From Alphaproteobacteria bacterium (GTDB lineage Bacteria > Pseudomonadota > Alphaproteobacteria > UBA6615), in the NCBI GenBank assembly GCA_028279245.1, contig JANQOE010000040.1, forward strand, positions 4,121 to 68,120: a stretch of 64,000 nucleotides of DNA, written 5' to 3'. Made by a program: the position numbers and the translations under genes. Positions within the stretch are counted from its first letter, which is position 1, and each line of letters starts with the position of its first letter. Of this stretch, positions 56,951 to 64,000 are shown piece by piece. A model generated the notes under the pieces. The model saw nothing but the letters and a program-made list of their open reading frames with translations, searched no databases and was not told the origin of the DNA.

Positions 56951-59104
56951 TCATATTTTTCCAAACGAACCCATTTTCGATTGCCGATCCGCCCGCCACG
57001 TCCATCCGAATATGAAAACAAACGCCGCCGCCCCGGCAAGATGCAACCAAAGCGGGCCCGGCCAGAGCAATGCCAGACCCGCCGCCGCGGCGACACCTCG
57101 CAACGGCCAGCTCAACGGAGCCTCCAGATAACCCTGCACCGACGCCGAAAACGCATAGAGCCCCAACAGCGCGAATACAAACAGCGGCAGCACTTCTTCC
57201 AACGGCCCGCCGATGAAGTTGGTGTAGGCAAACAACAGTGGCACGATGTATAGCCCCTTGGCGATCTTCCACGCCGCCAGCCCGGTCGCCATCGGCGGCG
57301 TGCGTGCAATCGCCGCCGCGGCGAACGCCGTCAGACACACCGGCGGGGTCACATTGCTGTCCTGGCTCAGCCAGAAAATGATCAGGTGTGCCGACAACAA
57401 CCCGGCGGTCAGCATCGCCGGATCTACCAACGCATCGCGAAGCGCCAGGTAAAGGTCAGGCAGTTCCGTCGTCAGCCGCGCGACCACTGCCTCGGCATCG
57501 GCCGAAGCCATGGGTTGGCCCAACTGCCCCGCCAGGTCCGGCGGCGCCAGCAACAGCATCGTCCGCGCCGTCTCGGTCAATTCGCCACCGGCCACGGCTG
57601 CCACAACCTGACTGGTCGAGATCAGGTCGAACAACGCCGGCGCCGACACCGTTGCCAGAATGACATACGCCGCCGTCACCGGCAGCCCCATGCCCAACAC
57701 GAGGGACGCCAACGCCACCAGCACCAGCGCGATGAACAGGCTGTTACCGGCCCAGGTCTTGATCATCAGCGACAGCGTATTCCCCACGCCGGTCGTCGCC
57801 AGCACATTAACGATCAGGCCGATCGACACTAGCAACACGGCGGTGGCGATCATGTTGCGCGCCCCCAATGCCATCGCCTCGATAATCGCCCGCGGCCCCA
57901 TCTTGTTCGGTGTCAGCCACGACGCGGCAATCACTGAAAGAATGGCAAAGCCCGCGGCATAGGTCGGCGTGAAGCCCTCGATCAGCAACCAGATCAGCAA
58001 AACAATGGGAATGAGGAACGCGACGCCACCACCCCGCAACACCGCGCCGAGTTTCGGCACATCAGCGCTCGCCGTCAGTCCCTGCCGCTTCGCCTCGATC
58101 CGCACAAAGAACCCGACCGACATGAAGTAGAGGATCGCCGGCAGCGCACTCACCGCAATGATTGTCGTATAGGGAATGGCGGTCAGGTTCGCCATGACGA
58201 ACGCCCCCGCCCCCATGATCGGCGGCATCAACTGCCCGCCCGTCGATGCCGAGGCTTCGACCCCAGCGGCGAACCTCGCCGGAAAGCCGGCCCGCTTCAT
58301 CAGCGGAATAGTCACCGACCCCGTCGAGGCCGTATTCGCCACCGCCGAGCCGGAGATCGTGCCGGTCAAGCCGGACGCAAACACCGCGACCAGCCCGGGC
58401 CCGCCGGTGAACCGCCCCACCGCGACCCGTGCCAGATCGATAATCACTTGGCTCGCCCCCGACCGCACCAGGAAAGCCGCGAACAGAATGAACATGAAGA
58501 CGACAGTGGCGGAGATTCGCGAGATGCCGCCGAACATCCCTTCGTCGCCGTAGATGCTCCGGAACAGAATCGTCTCGGCGGACAGCCCGGCGAACCGGAA
58601 CACCCCGGGGATAATCGCCCCCCACCACGACACGTAGGTGAGCGCCAAGACAATCAACACCGGTATGATCCAACCCGTGGTCCGCCGCGCCAGCTCGATC
58701 GCCGACAAGATGACGAACACCCCGGCGATCCATTCGAGCGTCGACAACCGCACGCCACGCTCGTAGATCGCGTTCTCCTGGCTGATCAGGAAGATCGCGC
58801 AGACCGCCGCCAACACGCCGATCGAAGCATCCACCACGAACAGCACCCGCCGTTGTCTGGCTTGCCGCAGCGGCACCATCGGGAACAGCAGCGCGCACAT
58901 GAGCGCGAAGCCGGCATAGTGCCAGGCCGTCAGCCACAGCGTCGAAATAGTCGCGATGGTATTGAAGTAGATGTGCGCGATCGCCAGGACGACGCCGAGG
59001 GCCGTCAGCAACGCCGCCAGCGGACCCTCCGTGCTGCGCGTCCGCGACGCTACCTCACCGAGTTCGACGTCGCTGTCGTCAGCCTGGCTCGTCTTGTCGG
59101 TCAT
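56951..59104 (-). CDS. TRAP transporter fused permease (4TM/12TM, TAXI-associated)
   Basis: 717-aa polytopic membrane protein with DctM-like regions. Adjacent to a TAXI solute receptor. Confidence 0.8.
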   Translation of the reverse strand: MTDKTSQADDSDVELGEVASRTRSTEGPLAALLTALGVVLAIAHIYFNTIATISTLWLTAWHYAGFALMCALLFPMVPLRQARQRRVLFVVDASIGVLAAVCAIFLISQENAIYERGVRLSTLEWIAGVFVILSAIELARRTTGWIIPVLIVLALTYVSWWGAIIPGVFRFAGLSAETILFRSIYGDEGMFGGISRISATVVFMFILFAAFLVRSGASQVIIDLARVAVGRFTGGPGLVAVFASGLTGTISGSAVANTASTGSVTIPLMKRAGFPARFAAGVEASASTGGQLMPPIMGAGAFVMANLTAIPYTTIIAVSALPAILYFMSVGFFVRIEAKRQGLTASADVPKLGAVLRGGGVAFLIPIVLLIWLLIEGFTPTYAAGFAILSVIAASWLTPNKMGPRAIIEAMALGARNMIATAVLLVSIGLIVNVLATTGVGNTLSLMIKTWAGNSLFIALVLVALASLVLGMGLPVTAAYVILATVSAPALFDLISTSQVVAAVAGGELTETARTMLLLAPPDLAGQLGQPMASADAEAVVARLTTELPDLYLALRDALVDPAMLTAGLLSAHLIIFWLSQDSNVTPPVCLTAFAAAAIARTPPMATGLAAWKIAKGLYIVPLLFAYTNFIGGPLEEVLPLFVFALLGLYAFSASVQGYLEAPLSWPLRGVAAAAGLALLWPGPLWLHLAGAAAFVFIFGWTWRADRQSKMGSFGKI

Positions 59105-59153
59105 CTCCGGTGGCGGAAGCGGCGGCCCTAACCTCAGGGCCGCCGCGTCACCA

Positions 59154-60200
59154 TCAGTTGGCCATCAAGTTCGCTGGAACCTCGATGCCCTGTTCCTTAT
59201 AGTACTTGAGCGCGCCCGGATGCAGCGGCATCGGCAGCCCGGCGATCGCCCGGTCCAGCGACATATTCTTGGTCGCCGCGTGGATCCCCTGCAGGAACGG
59301 CAGGTTTTCGTAGACGGTCTTGGTAATCAGGTAGACGACGTCTTCCGGCAAGTCTTCACGGACAGCCAGGAAGTTCGGCTGCGCAATCGTCGTCACGTCA
59401 TTTTCCTGTCCCGGATAGGTACCGGCCGGAATCTCGAACGGCGTCCACAAACCCAGACCGCCGTCGGCCTTGGCAATCTGCTCTTCGGTAAAGCTCAGCA
59501 GAGTGATGTCATCACCCATCGCGGCGAAGGCCTGGGTCACCGCGCCGACCGGCGCACCGGCCGGTGTCGACATGCCTTCGATATTGCCGTTTTGCAGCGC
59601 CTCGGCACTCGGCCCATAACCCATGAAGGCCAGGTCGAAGGTCGCTTCCATGTCGATCCCCATGTTCGCAAGGATCGTCCGGTTCGATCCGATCGTGCCG
59701 GAGTTCTGCCGGCCCATCGACACGGTCTCACCCGAAAGCGACATGAAATCGTCGACCGTCCCGGTCTCGGCGTATTCCGATTTCACGATGAAATGCTCGA
59801 CGTTCGGCCACAGCATGCTGATCGACCGCAGCCCGGTTTGCGGGCCGTCTGCTTCGATCGGCCCTGTCCCGTTCCAGGCGTAGGATCCGAACAGCCCCTG
59901 CAGGATGGCGAACTGCGCCTCGTTTTCGCGCAGCAGCTTCACATTCTCACCGGACCCGGCGGAGTTGATCGCCGAGACGTTGATCTTCTCTTTCGGCTGC
60001 AGCTTCACCTTAATCAGCGTCGAAAGCGCGACGCCAACCGGATAATAGGTGCCGCCGGTGCTGGCCGTCGCCAGGAGGTAGTTCTTCTCGTCCTGGGCCA
60101 GCGCTGACGTCGATAGGCTTACAGCCAGAACCGCCGCAGCCGTCGCCGCAAGCAACCGGCGTTCCTTCATAAAGCTCATTCTGTTCTCCCTGTTGTCCAA
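59154..60200 (-). CDS. TAXI-family TRAP transporter solute-binding subunit
   Basis: Signal peptide, GGTYYPVGVALSTLI TAXI hallmark. Confidence 0.8.
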   Translation of the reverse strand: MDNRENRMSFMKERRLLAATAAAVLAVSLSTSALAQDEKNYLLATASTGGTYYPVGVALSTLIKVKLQPKEKINVSAINSAGSGENVKLLRENEAQFAILQGLFGSYAWNGTGPIEADGPQTGLRSISMLWPNVEHFIVKSEYAETGTVDDFMSLSGETVSMGRQNSGTIGSNRTILANMGIDMEATFDLAFMGYGPSAEALQNGNIEGMSTPAGAPVGAVTQAFAAMGDDITLLSFTEEQIAKADGGLGLWTPFEIPAGTYPGQENDVTTIAQPNFLAVREDLPEDVVYLITKTVYENLPFLQGIHAATKNMSLDRAIAGLPMPLHPGALKYYKEQGIEVPANLMAN

Positions 60201-60369
60201 ATCGGCGCTTAATCCAATTGGACACCCTAACTATCACGGCAGCCGCCGCAAAGGGTCCACCCCGCTCAGGTTGACTTGCTTGTGACCAGGGTCACATCAT
60301 CGGCATGAACGCGGTCTATAACCGCGTCAGCCTAAGGCGTCGAAAAACCCTCAATCGAAAGCCCGCCCC

Positions 60370-60999
60370 GTGAGCAGCTCCGTCTCTCGCCTATTTGTTG
60401 CTGTTATCATCTCCATGGCAGCGGTTGTATCTACCGGTGCCCGCGCCACCGAGATGATGCAGATCGGCATTATCGTCGCCCAGCGCGGCACTGCCACCGC
60501 CATCCGCGACGACCGGCCCACTGAGCTATGGGTCGGCGCCCCGGTCTATGAGACCGACCGGCTGTCCACCGGTCCCGAGGCGCGCCTCGAGGTCGAACTC
60601 GCCGACGGCTCGGTCCTTACTATTGGCGATGAGACCGAGGTCCATATCACCGAATACCGGCTCTCGAACGACAACTCGCGCCTGGGCGCCCTGGTCAATC
60701 TGGTATCGGGAATCGTCCGGGCCACGGTCGCCCGAGCCGGCGAGACGGCCCGCTTCGACATCGCGACCTCGACCTCAATCGCCTCCGCCCGCTCAACAAG
60801 TTGGCTCGTCCATGCGGACGCCGACGCATCCGCCGTGTTCGTCACCGAGGGCACAGTCGCCGTCACCGGACCAAAAGCCGGAAACGAGATCCTGCTTACC
60901 TCCGGCTTCGGCACAGACATCGACAAACAGGGCCTCCAGCCGGGCAAGCGTTGGGGCATCAAGCGCATCAACGCCGCCATGGACCGTCTGCGGCCATAG
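60370..60999 (+). CDS. FecR-domain protein (periplasmic sensor partner)
   Basis: Signal peptide plus FecR-like beta-sandwich composition. Immediately upstream of a CHASE2 cyclase, the usual FecR-CHASE2 pairing. Confidence 0.6.
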   Translation: MSSSVSRLFVAVIISMAAVVSTGARATEMMQIGIIVAQRGTATAIRDDRPTELWVGAPVYETDRLSTGPEARLEVELADGSVLTIGDETEVHITEYRLSNDNSRLGALVNLVSGIVRATVARAGETARFDIATSTSIASARSTSWLVHADADASAVFVTEGTVAVTGPKAGNEILLTSGFGTDIDKQGLQPGKRWGIKRINAAMDRLRP

Positions 61000-61005
61000 G
61001 ATTCG

Positions 61006-63018
61006 GTGGCCCGGGCCCCACTCCTCCGCCGGCTGAAACGCTGCGCGGTTGTTTCGCTGCTGGTCAGCACCGCCGCGGTCGGTACACAGGCCATCTGGGG
61101 CAACGCCGCCCTGCTGACGCGGGTGGAGGGCGCCACGCTCGACTGGCGCTTCCAGTTGCGCGGGCCTCGGGAACCGTCCGGCGACACCAAAATCGTCATG
61201 ATCGACGACCGGACCATCGCCGGCCTCGGTTGGCCGGTCGCCCGGGATCACCTGGCGGCCGCGGTCGATGTACTGTCAGATGCCGGCGCCCGGGTGATTG
61301 CCTTTGATTTGCTGTTTGTCGAAACAGCAGAACCTCAAGAGCCGCGGCCGATGCCACAGCAGGCACAGCCGATCGCCGAGGCGGCATTAGCCGAAAAAGC
61401 GGACTGGCAACTCGCCCGCGCCCTGGGTGCATTTGGTGCCGCAGTGGTCCCCTACGCCTTCGCCTTCCAGCCGGATGAAGTCAGCGCCATCGGCATGCCC
61501 GACGCCGTCCGGCGTTCCGCGTTCCGGATCGCCCACCTGCCCGCCCTGCCCGGTCCAACCTCCATCCACCCCGCGGGTTTGGTTGCACCCGCGACCTTGC
61601 TGGCAGACGCCGCCGAAACCGCCCACATCAACGTTGTCCTCGACGCCGACGGCGCCCTCCGCCATGACCGTCCCGCCCTTCGCTACGGCGAGTCCTTCTA
61701 TCCGTCTCTGGCAGTGGAGACAGCGCGCCTCTATGCCGGCCTCGGCAAGCAGGAGGTATCCGTCTGGGCCGGTCAAGCCATCCGCTTCGGCGACACCCGC
61801 ATTCCGACCGACGCCCAAATGCGTCTACCGGTCAATCACTATGGGCCGCCGGGCACCTTCGAGACCCACAGCTTCCGTGACGTCCTGAACGGCGCATTCC
61901 CGCCCGATACCTTCGCCGGCAAGGTCGTGTTGATCGGCTACAACGCCATCGGTGTCGGGGACACCTTCCTCACGCCCTATTCCCGATCCTTCCCCGGGGT
62001 CGAGCATTTCGCCACTGTCACCGACAATATCCTGACCGGCCGCTTTCTCTCGCGCCCGGCCTGGGCCGGCTGGTCCGAAACCGGCGCCGCCTTGATCGGC
62101 GGCATCCTCGCCGCCACCGCCCTCGCACTCCTACCGTTAACTCTCGCTATCGTCGCTGTGGCCGTATTGGCGGGCAGTTGGGCCGTCGCGACCCATCTGG
62201 CATTCGCCGGCGCCGACATGTGGCTGAACGTGACGCTGCCGACAGCCGCCATCTTACTCAACGGAATGGTCTTCGGTCTCTGGCGAAGCTTTACCGAAGC
62301 CCGCTCCCGGCATCGCGCCGAACGCGGCTTGTCCAATCTCTCACGCTACGTCGCCCCCCAACTCGCCGGCCCGCTGGCGCAAGTCGAATCCCCCGGATTT
62401 CTCGATAAGACCCAGTATGTCGCAATACTCTTCATCGATCTGATCGGCTTCACCGAACGCAGCGAGTCACTGCCATCAGCCCAGGTGCTGAAACTATTGC
62501 GCCGCTTCCACCGTATTGTCGAAGCGACGGTGAGCGCCCACGGCGGCGCCATAGACAAATACGAAGGCGACGGCGCTATGGCCTGCTTCGGCCTTTATCG
62601 GCCGAGCGTGACCGACGCGCACCACGCCCTGTCCTGTGCACTCGATCTCATCCACACGCTTTCCGACTGGCAGCGCGACGAACAGAAAGAAGGAGGCAGC
62701 CCGCTACAGTTCGGTATCGGATTGCATTACGGACCAGTGACGTTGGGTGTTGTCGGCGGTGACCGCCAACTGCAATTCACCGCCACCGGCGACACGGTGA
62801 ATGTGGCCAGCCGGCTTGAAGGCCTGACCCGTACGCTCGACGCCACAATCGTCGCGTCGGAAGCACTGGTCGAGGCAGTCCGCGCCGACGGCGGCAGTGC
62901 CCGACTAACAGGCTTTGAGCCGAAGCCGGCCCAGTACGTGAAGGGCCGCGCCCAACCGGTGAACGTCTGGACTCTCGGCCGCGGCGCCAAACCGGCGCTC
63001 GCGGCCCCGCAAGCCTAA
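61006..63018 (+). CDS. CHASE2-domain class III adenylate/guanylate cyclase
   Basis: Periplasmic CHASE2 region, 3-4 TM helices, catalytic domain with FIDLIGFTE…KYEGDGAMACFG…GDTVNVASRLE. Confidence 0.85.
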   Translation: MARAPLLRRLKRCAVVSLLVSTAAVGTQAIWGNAALLTRVEGATLDWRFQLRGPREPSGDTKIVMIDDRTIAGLGWPVARDHLAAAVDVLSDAGARVIAFDLLFVETAEPQEPRPMPQQAQPIAEAALAEKADWQLARALGAFGAAVVPYAFAFQPDEVSAIGMPDAVRRSAFRIAHLPALPGPTSIHPAGLVAPATLLADAAETAHINVVLDADGALRHDRPALRYGESFYPSLAVETARLYAGLGKQEVSVWAGQAIRFGDTRIPTDAQMRLPVNHYGPPGTFETHSFRDVLNGAFPPDTFAGKVVLIGYNAIGVGDTFLTPYSRSFPGVEHFATVTDNILTGRFLSRPAWAGWSETGAALIGGILAATALALLPLTLAIVAVAVLAGSWAVATHLAFAGADMWLNVTLPTAAILLNGMVFGLWRSFTEARSRHRAERGLSNLSRYVAPQLAGPLAQVESPGFLDKTQYVAILFIDLIGFTERSESLPSAQVLKLLRRFHRIVEATVSAHGGAIDKYEGDGAMACFGLYRPSVTDAHHALSCALDLIHTLSDWQRDEQKEGGSPLQFGIGLHYGPVTLGVVGGDRQLQFTATGDTVNVASRLEGLTRTLDATIVASEALVEAVRADGGSARLTGFEPKPAQYVKGRAQPVNVWTLGRGAKPALAAPQA

Positions 63019-63212
63019 ATCAGCCAGAACGCGCCGGCGACAATGCCGGCCCATAGCAGCAAGCTCAGCGGTATGGCCACCCGGAGCCCGCGAAACAGGC
63101 CGAGCCCATCTGCGTCATCCTGATAGGCGGCCCTCGCCCGGGGTCTCGTGCCCGCCCGGGATCTGGTATCCGAAAAGCGGCCAAAGTCGAAGTCGATCGT
63201 TTGCAGCGTCAT
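63015..63212 (-). CDS. Hypothetical small protein with C-terminal TM helix
   Basis: ATG at 63212 with GAGG 5 nt upstream; 65 aa ending in hydrophobic VAIPLSLLLWAGIVAGAFWLI. The upstream part of the longer ORF (to 63443) has no RBS. Confidence 0.3.
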   Translation of the reverse strand: MTLQTIDFDFGRFSDTRSRAGTRPRARAAYQDDADGLGLFRGLRVAIPLSLLLWAGIVAGAFWLI

Positions 63213-63467
63213 GGAAACCTCTTTGTTCCATTGCTGCCCCCTTCCGGAACAGATGTGTGCCCGGCACCGCCCAAACAAGTGACCCGGATCACACCTAACG
63301 CTCCCGTGACCGGCCATCACACAGACCGCCGGCAGTCGCGGTCTCGGCGACGCCATGGGCCTGATGCTGGGCAGTGTCTCCCACAAGGTGATGCACCTGG
63401 CCCCATGCACCTGTGTCGCCGTGAAGTAAAAGCAACCCCACAAAGTCAGACCAACATCCGGCTCACT

Positions 63468-64000
63468 CTAGCCTGTGGGCTTTAGGCCACCTGCCGTTTC
63501 GATGAAGCCGATGATGTCGGCCAGCCCGTCGCCCTTCTTCAAGTTGCTGAAGATGAACGGCCGGTCACCACGCATCTTGCGGGCATCGCGATCCATCACG
63601 TCGAGACTGGCACCGACCATTGGCGCCAGGTCCGTCTTGTTGATCACCAGCAGATCCGACCGCGTGATCCCGGGGCCACCCTTGCGCGGGATCTTGTCGC
63701 CGGCCGACACGTCGATCACGTAGATCGTGATATCCGCCAGTTCCGGCGAGAAGGTCGCCGCGAGATTGTCGCCGCCGGACTCAATGAAGATGATCTCCAG
63801 GCCCAGATGCATCTCCTGCATGTCGGCGACCGCGGCGAGGTTGATCGAGGCGTCTTCACGAATGGCCGTGTGCGGACAGCCCCCGGTTTCGACACCCATG
63901 ATGCGGTTCTCTTCCAACGCGCCGGAGCGGATCAGGAACTGCGCATCCTCCTCGGTATAGATGTCGTTGGTGATGGCCGCGACGTTGTAGGTCTCGCGCA
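63468..64000 (-). CDS. ureG: Urease accessory GTPase UreG (5'-truncated by window end)
   Basis: …[44 protein letters not shown]…ESGGDNL…[33 protein letters not shown] is canonical UreG. The reading frame continues past 64000. Confidence 0.9.
   Translation of the reverse strand, partial: RETYNVAAITNDIYTEEDAQFLIRSGALEENRIMGVETGGCPHTAIREDASINLAAVADMQEMHLGLEIIFIESGGDNLAATFSPELADITIYVIDVSAGDKIPRKGGPGITRSDLLVINKTDLAPMVGASLDVMDRDARKMRGDRPFIFSNLKKGDGLADIIGFIETAGGLKPTG

Overview
High-GC (~65% by eye) chromosomal window, most likely alphaproteobacterial (the NDUFS4-like complex-I accessory protein, TAXI-TRAP and CHASE2/FecR genes fit that), dense in cell-surface polysaccharide genes. Three blocks stand out. 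(1) 1-9.2 kb: a visibly lower-GC (~50%) O-antigen-like glycan cluster with a Wzx flippase 5' end, a Wzy/ligase-like membrane protein, a DUF5672-like protein, GT2 and GT4 glycosyltransferases, a sulfotransferase-family protein, a SAM-methyltransferase, gmd and fcl (GDP-L-fucose), and an ArnA-C-like NAD epimerase/decarboxylase. (2) 15.7-26.5 kb: an alginate-type exopolysaccharide synthase module. It has a divergent ParA/MinD-like ATPase, an Alg8-like processive GT2, an Alg44-like PilZ-membrane-fusion protein (c-di-GMP receptor), a stand-alone type-II PMI cupin, a periplasmic AlgG-like beta-helix C5-epimerase carrying the DPHD motif, and a 1551-aa Sel1-repeat lipoprotein (AlgK-like but about three times its length). 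(3) 26.5-42.2 kb: a decoration/regulation module. It carries a TagF-like CDP-alcohol phosphotransferase, a LicC-like nucleotidyltransferase, a class-I glutamine amidotransferase (C26) hydrolase, a secreted DNRLRE-like plus beta-helix protein, a membrane sulfatase-family (LtaS/MdoB-like) transferase, AlgD (GDP-mannose 6-dehydrogenase), and a 1054-aa nucleotidyltransferase + PPDK_N/ATP-grasp + PEP-utilizer (phosphohistidine) fusion protein, followed by a LuxR-type regulator, a second Sel1 protein and an HKD phospholipase-D-family protein. The block ends at tRNA-Arg(TCT). The combination NTase + C26 GATase + PEP-synthase-like kinase is the signature of the Campylobacter capsule phosphoramidate pathway (Cj1416/Cj1417/Cj1418 logic). 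I propose this locus encodes a c-di-GMP-regulated mannuronan/alginate-like polymer with an undescribed phospho- (possibly phosphoramidate or phospho-alcohol) decoration. The rest of the window is ordinary: PAS histidine kinase plus response regulator, GH2 plus sugar ABC transporter plus LacI regulator, TetR/NmrA pair, acetamidase, CheY-like regulator, RidA, TAXI-TRAP transporter, FecR plus CHASE2 adenylate cyclase, and a ureG 3' fragment. No transposase, integrase or CRISPR was seen.
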